54,743 nt of DNA from NCBI GenBank assembly GCA_964454195.1, contig CAYVRD010000001.1, forward strand, positions 1 to 54,743. Direction: 5' to 3'. The stretch comes from an uncultured Clostridia bacterium (lineage in GTDB: Bacteria > Bacillota > Desulfitisporia > Desulfitisporales > JAWSUQ01). Position numbers and translations under genes: made by a program. The notes beneath the pieces were generated by a model. The model was not told where the DNA came from. It did not search any database and was given only the letters and a program-made list of their open reading frames with translations. How positions within the stretch are numbered: the stretch's first letter is position 1; the number at the start of each line of letters is the position of its first letter. Positions 1-9,062 of this stretch are shown one piece after another.

Positions 1-384
1 GGTGCTGATATCCAGTTAATGGGAGAAATACTTAAGGCTGGAGAGAATCTAGAAATAAAACTAGAAAAAGGTCATGTCATATCAGCTGCACAAAAAAATA
101 GTACCGATAAAATAGCTATAGGTCAAAAGGTGCAGCTTTTCATTCGTCCAGAAGAGGTAGCTTTAAATCCGGGAGCAGAAAAAGCTAATACATTCCAGGG
201 AGAGGTTCAGAAAATATCTCCCTATGGATTTCAATATAAGCTGACAGTAGATTGTAGCTTTCCTTTGAAGGTAGTAATAGACAAGGCTCAGTTTTTAACT
301 GAGAAACCCTTTGTGGGAAGTAGAGTAAGGCTACAGATAGCTCCAGAGAGCATTCACGTTATTAAGCATTCAGTATTAGATTAA
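1..384 (+). CDS. C-terminal part of an ABC-importer ATPase (TOBE-like regulatory domain); the 5' end lies outside the window
   Basis: The frame of track ORF 19..384 stays open back to nt 1 (GADIQL-MGEIL...). The beta-rich ~120-aa tail (VQLFIRPEEVAL...FQGEV...GSRVRLQIAPESIHVI) resembles the TOBE domains at the C-terminus of molybdate/sulfate/polyamine-type importer ATPases. No Walker motifs are in the window, so the call rests on domain resemblance only. Confidence 0.5.
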   Translation, partial: GADIQLMGEILKAGENLEIKLEKGHVISAAQKNSTDKIAIGQKVQLFIRPEEVALNPGAEKANTFQGEVQKISPYGFQYKLTVDCSFPLKVVIDKAQFLTEKPFVGSRVRLQIAPESIHVIKHSVLD

Positions 385-446
385 GCTTTCTAGTTTCCAC
401 CCCCAAGGAAACAGAAATATGCCTTAATGTCACTAGACCTTAAGGG

Positions 447-605
447 CCTGAGGTAGAAACCTGATGGCAACTAGATATTATTTCTGCTGTAATACTAATA
501 TTCCCAAATATAAGTGGCCAATAGTCATTACTTACCCCTTTCAAAAGGAACGGCCTAAATTTACAGCGGTATATACTAAAGTCGCCATCAGGTCAGTCCT
601 TCAGG
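447..605. ncRNA. Candidate structured RNA or palindromic element: a ~160-nt rod of six nested helices in a gene-free gap
   Basis: Complementary pairs read directly: 447-453 CCTGAGG / 598-605 CCTTCAGG; 460-468 CCTGATGGC / 584-592 GCCATCAGG; 472-478 TAGATAT / 571-578 ATATACTA; 486-492 GCTGTAA / 561-567 TTACAGC; 516-519 GGCC / 552-555 GGCC; 537-540 CCTT / 545-548 AAGG. There is no credible ORF here. The strand is unresolved. Confidence 0.25.
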
Positions 606-613
606 AGGATAGT

Positions 614-665
614 AAAAAAAGGCTTACACCAAGGTTGCTTAGTAGCGGCATCCTGTGTGTAAGCC
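614..665 (-). terminator. Intrinsic terminator of the zinc-ribbon gene
   Basis: A 9-bp stem GGCTTACAC (621-629) / GTGTAAGCC (657-665). On the minus strand it is followed by T7 (A-run 614-620), 13 nt after the stop codon at 678. Confidence 0.6.
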
Positions 666-677
666 TTATTTCTTTAT

Positions 678-986
678 CTAGAATCTCTTATTTTGAGTAA
701 AGCAATCTCTGCAGTAAACAGGTTTTTCGCCACTAGGCTGAAAGGGAACCTTAGTATCTGTGCCACACTCGGCACAAACTGCAGCAAACATTTCTCTCTG
801 GGGTCTGTCGCCACCGCGTTTAAATCCACCGCCGCTGTTAGAATTTCTTTTGCGATCAGATCTGCACTGGGGGCAACGACTAGGCTCATTGGTAAATCCC
901 TTCTCCGCATAGAACTCTTGCTCAGAGGCAGAAAAGGTGAATTGGGCGCTACAATCACGACAGGCTAGGGTTTTGTCTTGAAACAT
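678..986 (-). CDS. Zinc-ribbon protein (CxxC-x17-CxxC type, duplicated)
   Basis: Two zinc-ribbon halves (CRDC...CPQC and CAEC...CRDC) are separated by a Gly/Arg-rich linker. The track ORF starts at TTG 1019, but GAGGAGG (rc of 995-1001) sits 8 nt upstream of the ATG at 986, so I start there (102 aa). Confidence 0.75.
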   Translation of the reverse strand: MFQDKTLACRDCSAQFTFSASEQEFYAEKGFTNEPSRCPQCRSDRKRNSNSGGGFKRGGDRPQREMFAAVCAECGTDTKVPFQPSGEKPVYCRDCFTQNKRF

Positions 987-1237
987 TTTAAAATCCTCCT
1001 CAAAATTAGGTATTGCCAAGAATGGGGTTGGAGCTCCACTAACTTATTTTATCCTAAAAAAATAGGCTACATTTTTTGAGAAGGGATAAATTAAACGTGA
1101 TACGCCCACCTATCAACTTGAACTATAGTAATTGTAACACATAAGAGATAAAAAAGTAAACTAAGACTGCACAAATGTACATATGTTTAGCATTTCTGGT
1201 AATAATTAATTTATATTGTCAGAAAGGATGGAAACTT

Positions 1238-1654
1238 ATGTCTAGAAAAAATTTATTTATGATAATCATTGTATTGGGTTTAATGATTTCAGGCTGTAAT
1301 TCGCCAGCAACTCACAGTAGTGTGTCGGCAGCTTTAAGCCATGGAGAAGTGGGAGACTGGGTAAGTCTTTCAAAGGCCCAGATTGAACAGCTGTCCTACG
1401 ATCCTATAATGGGTCAAACTAGCATGCGATTAGAGGCGGTTGAGCTAAGGGGATCTCATATAATTGCAATAGCTTATAATGGAGTGGTCAAGTCAGGGCT
1501 AGAGGAATTACAACGGGAAGAGCCCAATTTAATGGTTAGCGCAGTTGGTCGTTTGGGCTTTCATGAGGACTTAGGCTGGCTGATATTTGTTCACGAGCTA
1601 GATTTATTAAAGCCTGACGAAGAGCTTTCGCAAGAGTCACCTGATGCTTCATAG
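1238..1654 (+). CDS. Hypothetical lipoprotein
   Basis: The internal start ATG 1238 is preceded by AAAGGATGG. The N-terminus MSRKNLFMIIIVLGLMISGC has a lipobox. I recognise no domain. Confidence 0.6.
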   Translation: MSRKNLFMIIIVLGLMISGCNSPATHSSVSAALSHGEVGDWVSLSKAQIEQLSYDPIMGQTSMRLEAVELRGSHIIAIAYNGVVKSGLEELQREEPNLMVSAVGRLGFHEDLGWLIFVHELDLLKPDEELSQESPDAS

Positions 1655-1746
1655 GATAACAGAGAGGATATTTGATAAACATATAGAATCAATTTAGTTA
1701 ATACATATTAAAAAGAAATATCTCAATTTTTAGAGGAGGTGTTCCG

Positions 1747-2094
1747 GTGATTGTATCTCATATTGATAAGGCTCAGGGAGTAAAGGTAGAGGCAGACCAG
1801 GTAAAGAACGTATTAAAAAAGGTGTTGATAGCTCCTACTGAGGGCTGGCAAGGCTATGTAATGAGGCTGTTTGAGCTGGGAGAGGGAGGCTATACTCCCA
1901 AACACTCTCATCCCTGGCCCCATATAGGCTATGTAACTGGCGGCAATGGCTTGCTACATATCAATGGCACTGATTATGAGGTGCAGGCAGGATCCTTTGC
2001 TTATGTGCCTGGAGACGCTATCCATCAATTCAGTAACCAAGGTAAAGAGCCCTTTGTCTTTATCTGTATTGTGCCTGAAGAGGGAGATAAGTAA
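1747..2094 (+). CDS. Cupin domain protein
   Basis: GTG start after AGAGGAGG. The cupin motifs are present: G(x)5HxH-like ...TPKHSHPWPH and ...GDAIHQFSNQG. Confidence 0.8.
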   Translation: MIVSHIDKAQGVKVEADQVKNVLKKVLIAPTEGWQGYVMRLFELGEGGYTPKHSHPWPHIGYVTGGNGLLHINGTDYEVQAGSFAYVPGDAIHQFSNQGKEPFVFICIVPEEGDK

Positions 2095-2132
2095 GGCAAG
2101 GCAATAAGGTCACAAAAGTTTCAGATGAGATG

Positions 2133-2168
2133 AAATAACCCTGGACTCTAATTGAGTTCAGGGTTATT
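2133..2168. terminator. Shared stem-loop between the convergent cupin and XRE genes
   Basis: An 11-bp stem AAATAACCCTG (2133-2143) / CAGGGTTATTT (2158-2168). The right arm overlaps the last codons of the minus-strand gene. The T-tracts are weak. Confidence 0.45.
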
Positions 2169-2924
2169 TAGCATGGCAATAAAATTTAAGACTAATTTTA
2201 GCTTATCTTCCGACATGGTGCAGGTGGAGCCTAAAATAGACTGGACTTGGGGCTGATAAAGGAGTTCTCTAAGCTCGGGGCTTAAGGCACCTACTATCTC
2301 CTCCACCTCTTCCTGCTCTAAGATCAATGCGCACACAGAGACGCCTAAGACACCGCAAATTTTTTCTAAGGTTTTAAGTGATGCCTGAACCTTGCCAGTT
2401 TCCAGCTGTCCGATTAAGCCGGGAGAAAGTTGGGCTTTAGCAGCCAAATCCTTTTGAGATAGACCCTTTAACGTTCTAGCTCGCTTGAGTTTCTCTACCA
2501 CTAAATTTGATTTTCGTTTGTTTCCTATAAATAGGCTAATAGGTATATTAAACACATCGGCGATTTGGCGCAAGGTGCCTAGAGAAGGAATAGTTTCCAT
2601 TCGTTCAACCTCACTTAGATAAGAGACAGAAAGCTCAGTTAAGGTGCTTAGTTGAGCTAAGCTCATTTCCTTACTTTCCCGCAAGGCCCTTATTTTATCC
2701 CCTAGGTATTGGGTGAGCTCATTTTGCCAATCCAAGTCTAATAACTCTTCCTCAGAAACATTAAAATATTCAATAATTTTGCTAGCTGCCTTTAAGCTAA
2801 CTTTTTTTTGTCCGCTTTCAATGCTTTGGATATAACTTTGGGGTAAGTTTAGTAGGTTGCTAAGCTGACTTTGGGTAAGATTATTTTTTTCTCTAAGGGC
2901 TACTATTTTTTCTGGAGAAATCAT
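2148..2924 (-). CDS. XRE-family transcriptional regulator with three tandem HTH domains
   Basis: Three repeats of the XRE/Cro-type HTH pattern (...LTQSQLSNLLNLPQSYIQSIESG..., ...MSLAQLSTLTELSVSYLSEVERM..., ...LSQKDLAAKAQLSPGLIGQLETG...) plus a ~55-aa tail. GGAGG RBS. The gene is divergent from the reductase operon. Confidence 0.8.
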   Translation of the reverse strand: MISPEKIVALREKNNLTQSQLSNLLNLPQSYIQSIESGQKKVSLKAASKIIEYFNVSEEELLDLDWQNELTQYLGDKIRALRESKEMSLAQLSTLTELSVSYLSEVERMETIPSLGTLRQIADVFNIPISLFIGNKRKSNLVVEKLKRARTLKGLSQKDLAAKAQLSPGLIGQLETGKVQASLKTLEKICGVLGVSVCALILEQEEVEEIVGALSPELRELLYQPQVQSILGSTCTMSEDKLKLVLNFIAMLNNPELN

Positions 2925-3271
2925 TTCAAAGCTTACCTCCTAATTAAGTAATATAATCAAACTAAATCTATATTGTTAACCAATTTCAGTATAGCACAAG
3001 GAGGATAATTGGAAAACACAATTCTTAGTAATAGCGGAAATAAATAATCATCTTGCCAATGTCAATACTTAGTTATAGTAAAACCCTTTAGCTATACCGA
3101 AGAATTTCTAACGTAATATAAAATATATTTATAATAAGATAAGGGAGGTAAAATCTTATATATAGCGAATATACTGAAAATAAAAGCATTTTAAAAAATA
3201 GTATTACCGTAAAAGGGGGCTGGTGAGACTGGGGAAGGCAGTTGGAAAAAAATATTTAGGGAGGTGCTAAA

Positions 3272-4366
3272 GTGAAAACAAAAAAGTTTTGGATGTTGTT
3301 ATTAGTATTAGCTCTTCTTCTGGCAATAGCAGGCTGCGGACAACAGCAGGCTAACTTACCTGCTACAGAGAAACCTCAAGCTAGTCAGGAGGGAGACTTG
3401 GCAGCCCAATTATTAACCGCCACTTATGATTTCCTAGCTGGAGAACTAATCGAGATTATGACAGCAAGCGAAATTTTCGAAAAGATAATTATGCGACCAG
3501 ATCCAAATTACTATATTATAGATCTCCGACCTCAGGATGTTTTCTTAAAGGGAAGTATACCAGGAGCTGTTAATATTCCCTTTGCTACCACTGGACAGGA
3601 GAAGCAGATAGCCAAACTGCCCCGGGATAAAAAAATTGTCCTTGTTAGCCAAATGGGAGCAGAAGCAAATCAGACTGCTGCTTTCTGGGGCATGCTGGGA
3701 TTTGATGTAGCAGTGTTGAGCAATGGGATGGATGGCTGGCTTAATAAAGCTCCAGAAAGCTGTGATGTGCTGGATAAGCCTGTTACTACAGAAATGACTA
3801 CCCTAAGTGGTACCTATAGCTTACCTGCTATTCTTGGTGAAGGTATAGTGGGAAATGATTTGAACCAGCTTCTGATAGCAAGAAATCAGCAAATAATTAC
3901 ACAGCAAGCTCAATTGCACATAGATGCAGTAGAATTATTGGGATTAGTTGAAGGTGGCAATACAGATTATTTACTATTAGATATCAGAGCGGCAGAGCAC
4001 TATGCTAAAGGACATATTGCTGGAGCAGTCAATATTCCCAGAGGTGATTTGATGACTATGGATAGCTTGCAAAGGCTATCTCCACAGAAAAAAATTGTAG
4101 TGATTTGCTACACGGGCAATTCTGCTCATCAAGGGGCTAGACTGCTAAGTCAATTAGGATATCAGGCAACTGCGTTAAATGGTGGAATGAGTGCCTGGAC
4201 TAGTAAAGTAGAAATTATCGGAGTGCAGCCTACCAAATGTGCTTGGGTCAAGTGCTATTCTGATGAAAACTACGCCCAAGGATTTCCGGTATTGCCTGTA
4301 GAGTGTGAGTGGAAGAATCTGCCCACAGTAGTTACTAAGCTCCAGGCTATTGAAGCCGGTGGCTGA
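3272..4366 (+). CDS. Lipoprotein with two rhodanese (sulfurtransferase) domains
   Basis: GTG start 7 nt after GGGAGG. Lipobox LLAIAGC. Domain 1 lacks the catalytic Cys (VSQMGAEA). Domain 2 has an active-site loop CYTGNSAH. The C-terminal tail is Cys-rich. Confidence 0.8.
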   Translation: MKTKKFWMLLLVLALLLAIAGCGQQQANLPATEKPQASQEGDLAAQLLTATYDFLAGELIEIMTASEIFEKIIMRPDPNYYIIDLRPQDVFLKGSIPGAVNIPFATTGQEKQIAKLPRDKKIVLVSQMGAEANQTAAFWGMLGFDVAVLSNGMDGWLNKAPESCDVLDKPVTTEMTTLSGTYSLPAILGEGIVGNDLNQLLIARNQQIITQQAQLHIDAVELLGLVEGGNTDYLLLDIRAAEHYAKGHIAGAVNIPRGDLMTMDSLQRLSPQKKIVVICYTGNSAHQGARLLSQLGYQATALNGGMSAWTSKVEIIGVQPTKCAWVKCYSDENYAQGFPVLPVECEWKNLPTVVTKLQAIEAGG

Positions 4367-4446
4367 AGCTAAAGCAACCAATCCTAGTATAGGATTATTC
4401 ATTCTAATAGAAAAATGTCAATCAGGGAAAGGAAAGGGGTGGAATT

Positions 4447-6651
4447 ATGCAAAAAATCACTAGACGAAGCTTTTTAAAAGCTACAGCAGTTACGGTAGCT
4501 GCCAGTTCGGCACCGATGTATTTTAGTCTAAAGGATTATAGCCAGGCAGCTCAAGAATCGGAGATTAACAAGGTATCTACATTATGTAACGGCTGTTCTA
4601 ATATGTGCGGAATGTACGTCTTTGTAAAGAATGGACGGATATGGAAGGCTGAGGGACATCCAATTCATCTTAAAAGCAAGGGCAGGATTTGTGCTAGAGG
4701 ACATGGGATGATTGCAGATGTCTACAATCCGGATCGAGTGACCCAGCCAATGAAGCGAGTAGGGGAAATGGAATTTGAGCCCATTAGCTGGGAGCAAGCT
4801 TTCACCGAAATCGGCGAAAAACTAAACCAAATAGTAAGTCAGCACTCGGGCAATTCGGTGGTTTGGATGGAGCATGGAGTTCGTGGCAAGGAGTACGCTG
4901 ACATCTTTTTAGATTATTTAGGATCACCCAATTATATCACCCATTATGCCACCTGTTTTAGCTCTAAGACAAATGTTTGGCCCCGCATGGTGGGGCAGAA
5001 CCTCTTTGGAGACCATGAAAATACCAAATATATGCTATTTGTGGGAAGAAACTTTGCTGGAGGGATTATTCCCAACGGCATGAACAAGGTATTAAAGGGC
5101 AAAGAAAAGGGTGCTAAGCTAGTTGTAGTAGATCCTCGCTACTGCGAGCTGGCAGTAGTTGCTGATGAGTGGATTCCCATAAAGCCTGGAACCGACCTGG
5201 CCTTCTTCTTAGCCTTAGCCCATGTACTAATTACCGAAAATCTTTATAGTATTCAATTTGTCAGGGAGTTTGTAGAGGGTTTTGATGAGTTTTGGCAAGC
5301 TAATGCCAACTGTACACCCGAATGGGCAGAAGAGCTTACGGGGATTCCTGCTGCAAAAATACGTGAAATAGCCAGAGAAATGGCTGCGGCAGCCCCAAGG
5401 GCATTTTTAGAAACAGGGTATCACGGCTTAAATGCCCATTATAAAAACAGTGTGCAGCAGGCGCAAATGAACGTAGTAATCAATGCTCTACTAGGCAATA
5501 TGTTTAAGCCTGGAGGACTGCTGCCCACTGCTGAGGTAGAGTTTGGCCAGCTTGAAAAAGTTAAGCCTCCTGAGAAGGAAAAAGGAAGTCGAGTTGATGG
5601 TGCGGGGGTAGAGGGTAAATATCCTACTGTAGAACCAGGCAGGGGCATTCCTCAGATTGTTCCCACCTTAGTAGAGGAGGGCAAGGTAAAGGCGCTGTTT
5701 ATATACCATTACAACCCTCTGCGCACTAGCCCAGACCCAGAATATCAGAAGAAGATGAAAAATGCTGACCTGGTGGTAGTAATTCCTATTGATTGGAATG
5801 AGACTGCCTTGTATACAGCTGACTACGTGCTACCCGAAAGCTATTTCTTGGAGCGCACTGAGCTGCCCGTATCAACTAGTGGACATATTACCCATGATAA
5901 CCCTCAGATAGCCTGGAGGCAACAGGTAATAGAGCCTATTTACAACACTAAGCCCTTGTTAGAGATAATGCAGGGCTTGGCAGAAAAAATCGGCGCCCAG
6001 GAGTACTTTGACTTTACTGTAGAAGAGCAGGTAGCGGCCATGATCGAGCCTCTGAATATCTCTATCGAAAGGCTTAAAGAAGCGGGATGCTTGGAATTCC
6101 CTCAGAAAAAGATGAAACCAGCCTTTCCCTTCCAAGGAGTAAAACCTTCATTGAGGACTCCATCGGGCAAGGTAGAGTTTTCCGTGGGTATGTATAAGGC
6201 GCATGGCTTTAGTGGGGTACCCCGTTGGATTGCTCCTATGGTTGAACCGACAGGGGATAATCAGTTCCGACTTATCCATGGTAAGCAGCCCTGGCACTCC
6301 CATCACGTGACCAGCAACAATCCCTACCTGATGGCCATCTCGGATGCCTATAATGGCACCTGGATGTGGATGAACAAAAGCAAAGCAGATAAGTTAGGCA
6401 TTAAAAACGGCGATACGGTAACGGTTGAATCTCCAAAGGCTAAAAAGCAGATTCAGGTAAAGGTTACCGAGCTCCTCCACCCTGATTGTGTTTGGATTCC
6501 TTCTGCATACGGCGGTTTTTCCAGCAAAGCTAAAACTGCCTATGGTAAAGGCTTAAACTATAATGATTTTATTCCTGCTATGGTTGAACCTATTGCGGGA
6601 AGTGTTATGGGTCAAGAAGTTGTGGTAACAGTGAGAAAGGGGGTAGTGTAG
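4447..6651 (+). CDS. Molybdopterin (bis-PGD) oxidoreductase catalytic subunit, PsrA/PhsA/SrrA-like, TAT-exported
   Basis: Twin-arginine signal TRRSFLKATAV. N-terminal 4Fe-4S motif CNGCSNMCG...C. 734 aa with typical MopB blocks. A candidate Mo-ligand Cys lies in HYATCFSSK. Confidence 0.85.
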   Translation: MQKITRRSFLKATAVTVAASSAPMYFSLKDYSQAAQESEINKVSTLCNGCSNMCGMYVFVKNGRIWKAEGHPIHLKSKGRICARGHGMIADVYNPDRVTQPMKRVGEMEFEPISWEQAFTEIGEKLNQIVSQHSGNSVVWMEHGVRGKEYADIFLDYLGSPNYITHYATCFSSKTNVWPRMVGQNLFGDHENTKYMLFVGRNFAGGIIPNGMNKVLKGKEKGAKLVVVDPRYCELAVVADEWIPIKPGTDLAFFLALAHVLITENLYSIQFVREFVEGFDEFWQANANCTPEWAEELTGIPAAKIREIAREMAAAAPRAFLETGYHGLNAHYKNSVQQAQMNVVINALLGNMFKPGGLLPTAEVEFGQLEKVKPPEKEKGSRVDGAGVEGKYPTVEPGRGIPQIVPTLVEEGKVKALFIYHYNPLRTSPDPEYQKKMKNADLVVVIPIDWNETALYTADYVLPESYFLERTELPVSTSGHITHDNPQIAWRQQVIEPIYNTKPLLEIMQGLAEKIGAQEYFDFTVEEQVAAMIEPLNISIERLKEAGCLEFPQKKMKPAFPFQGVKPSLRTPSGKVEFSVGMYKAHGFSGVPRWIAPMVEPTGDNQFRLIHGKQPWHSHHVTSNNPYLMAISDAYNGTWMWMNKSKADKLGIKNGDTVTVESPKAKKQIQVKVTELLHPDCVWIPSAYGGFSSKAKTAYGKGLNYNDFIPAMVEPIAGSVMGQEVVVTVRKGVV

Positions 6652-6652
6652 C

Positions 6653-7195
6653 ATGGCCCGCTATGGCATGTTAATTGATGCTTCCCGCTGTACAGGGTGT
6701 GCCGCTTGTCGTATTGCCTGTCAAATGCAATGGCAGCTGCCACCAGAGATGGCTTTTAATCGTTTAGAATTTAGAGAGGAAGGTACTTATCCTAGAGTTA
6801 AACAGGAAATAGTACCAGTCCAGTGTCAGCACTGTGATAACCCCCCTTGTTTACAGGTTTGTCCTACCAGAGCTACTTATAAGCGCTCTGATGGAATAGT
6901 ACTAGTAGACCACAGAAAATGTATCGGTTGTAAATATTGCATGCTAGCTTGTCCTTATGGTGTCAGAACTATGGATAAGAGAAAGCACGTACCAGAAAAG
7001 TGTAAATTCTGTGCAGGATACGTGGAAAAGGGAGAAGAGCCTCCTTGTGCCAGCACCTGCATGAATGAGGTACGGGTATTTGGTGACTTAGATGACCCTA
7101 ATAGTAGAATAAGTCGACTGATAGCCCAGAAAAGCGTTTACCAGCTAATACCGGAAAAAGGAACTAAACCCCGGATATTCTATGTAAAAAAATAG
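6653..7195 (+). CDS. 4Fe-4S ferredoxin-type electron-transfer subunit (PsrB-like)
   Basis: Four Cys clusters (CTGCAACRIAC, CQHCDNPPCLQVCP, CIGCKYCMLACP, CKFC...C). The start is 2 nt after the stop codon of the A subunit. Confidence 0.85.
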   Translation: MARYGMLIDASRCTGCAACRIACQMQWQLPPEMAFNRLEFREEGTYPRVKQEIVPVQCQHCDNPPCLQVCPTRATYKRSDGIVLVDHRKCIGCKYCMLACPYGVRTMDKRKHVPEKCKFCAGYVEKGEEPPCASTCMNEVRVFGDLDDPNSRISRLIAQKSVYQLIPEKGTKPRIFYVKK

Positions 7196-7210
7196 AGAGG
7201 AGGTAAGAAT

Positions 7211-8368
7211 ATGCAAAAGGACAAATGGCGATTACTGGCCATATTCATGATATTGATTGGCCTAGCCGGAGCCGCAATGGTGTTTGTAAAGGGTGAAGAT
7301 GCCATGGGAACAAGTGATGCAGTTCCTTGGGGAATGCTTATTGCCAACTACCTATTCTTTGCAGCAACCAGCGTGGGTTTAACTATGATGGCAGGCTTAT
7401 GGTACGTTTTTAAGATACCCGCATTTAAATCCATTTCCAAAAGGGCATTAGCTCTGGCTATCATCTCAATAATCATGGGCTTTGCTGCCATTGGCTTAGA
7501 GCTAGGAAACCCATTAAATATGATTTGGATAGCACTTTCCCCTAATCTGATGTCTGGAATATGGTGGATGGGATTCCTCTATTCAGTATATCTGGGTTTG
7601 CGTTTTGTTACAGTATACATGATGTATAAAGGAGAAGACAAAAAAGTGCTAGCATTTAGCAGACTGACTCTTTTTGCGGGAATGGTAGCAGTTACAAACC
7701 TGGGTGCAGTGTTTGGCAACGTCCATGCCCGACCCTATTGGCAAGGAGCAGCTATACCAATTCACATGCTGTTGGTAGCCTTTTTGTCAGGAGCAGCCCT
7801 TTTGGCAGTAGTTTTATATATAGCTGACAGCAGGGAGAAGCACGGCAATAACCAGGAGAGCTTGCTGCCCATTACAGGCAAAATAATGGCTACTCTAATT
7901 GGATTTGTAGCCCTATTTACTGGCTGGAGAATGATTGCCAACTTGTACGGTGGAGTTTATGGCAAATATGAAGCTGCTATGCTTTTGATAAATGGGCCGC
8001 TAATGGTTAACTTTTGGCTAATGGAAATCGGGATAGGCTTGATCATTCCCTTCCTCCTCATTATGACAGGCGAAAAATTTGCTCCTAAAAGAGTATTTCA
8101 GGCTGGTGTTGCCACTATGATTGGAATGTTTTTCATGCACTACAACATGGTAATCGCAGGACAGCTTATTCCTATGGGAGTTGTTCCGGGGACACCCATG
8201 GTACAGCAGTACTCCTACTTGCCCATGTGGCCTGAGATTGCTATTTTCATAGGTACTATTGGGGGATCAATTTTTCTAGGATTATGGGCTGAGGCCAAGT
8301 TTCCCCTTGGACACAAAGGAGCTGAGACTCCCAATATAGGAAGTAATGCAGCGGCTGGCGCAAAATAG
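7211..8368 (+). CDS. NrfD/PsrC-type integral membrane quinol-interacting anchor subunit
   Basis: 385 aa with about 8-10 hydrophobic helices. GAGAGGAGG RBS. It occupies the position after the A and B subunits. Confidence 0.85.
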   Translation: MQKDKWRLLAIFMILIGLAGAAMVFVKGEDAMGTSDAVPWGMLIANYLFFAATSVGLTMMAGLWYVFKIPAFKSISKRALALAIISIIMGFAAIGLELGNPLNMIWIALSPNLMSGIWWMGFLYSVYLGLRFVTVYMMYKGEDKKVLAFSRLTLFAGMVAVTNLGAVFGNVHARPYWQGAAIPIHMLLVAFLSGAALLAVVLYIADSREKHGNNQESLLPITGKIMATLIGFVALFTGWRMIANLYGGVYGKYEAAMLLINGPLMVNFWLMEIGIGLIIPFLLIMTGEKFAPKRVFQAGVATMIGMFFMHYNMVIAGQLIPMGVVPGTPMVQQYSYLPMWPEIAIFIGTIGGSIFLGLWAEAKFPLGHKGAETPNIGSNAAAGAK

Positions 8369-8389
8369 ATTTGGCGAGGGGTGTTACAA

Positions 8390-9043
8390 ATGACCCAGAA
8401 TACACATAATGAGATAAATGTGGAAGCCCTTGGCGAGGCATTGCAAATTATTGCTGATTTTTACAAATTTCCTGATGAGGAGTTTCATCGCCAGCTCACT
8501 ACTGGGGTCATACACAGCAGACTAAAGCTTTTACTTGAGCAAGCCCACTTTTCTTTCCGGGATTTAGGGGAAAGGCCGATTGATCAACTACCCCCGCTTG
8601 CCCAATATAAGCAAGAATATATGCGTACAATGATGGCTGGACATGGGAGAGCGGCATTGCCTATAGAGTCAATATACAAGATTTGGACTACTGACAAAAG
8701 TGCCAACTTAAATATAGCTCAGCAGAAGGGATACTTGATGGGAGACTCGGCAATCCATATCAGTCATCTTTTAAAAACCTTAGGCTTAGAGATACCAGCA
8801 GAATTTAAAAATATGCCGGATCACTTGACAATACTTATAGAGCTACTAGCTTTCCTCTTGGTAAACTACTCAGGTGAAGAGGTGCATACCTTTATTACAG
8901 AGCACTTTGATTGGCTTAAGGATTTTAAAGCTAAGCTAGAAGAGATTGGAGCTTTGTCCATCTTTATAGAAATAACTAGTTGGCTAATCAGTATTATTGA
9001 GCAACTGGAGCTGTTGCTCGCTAAGAAGAAACAATATAGGTAA
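8390..9043 (+). CDS. TorD/DmsD-family redox-enzyme maturation chaperone
   Basis: The motifs PIESIY and MPDHLTILIELLAFL are typical of TorD-like chaperones. ATG 8390 lies about 9 nt after GAGGGG, so I prefer it to the track GTG at 8381. Confidence 0.7.
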   Translation: MTQNTHNEINVEALGEALQIIADFYKFPDEEFHRQLTTGVIHSRLKLLLEQAHFSFRDLGERPIDQLPPLAQYKQEYMRTMMAGHGRAALPIESIYKIWTTDKSANLNIAQQKGYLMGDSAIHISHLLKTLGLEIPAEFKNMPDHLTILIELLAFLLVNYSGEEVHTFITEHFDWLKDFKAKLEEIGALSIFIEITSWLISIIEQLELLLAKKKQYR

Positions 9044-9062
9044 AAGAAGGGAGTGAATAAAG

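Noticed and set aside
464-968. Track ORFs 464..700 (+), 693..968 (+) and 674..958 (-)
   Set aside because: They overlap or lie antisense to the well-supported zinc-ribbon gene (678..986 -), or they sit in the structured gap. None has an RBS. Their compositions are Ser/Leu/Arg-rich and read like out-of-frame translations.
4447-6651. Possible selenocysteine recoding in the molybdoenzyme
   Set aside because: The ORF is uninterrupted, with no in-frame TGA. The candidate Mo ligand position is a Cys codon.
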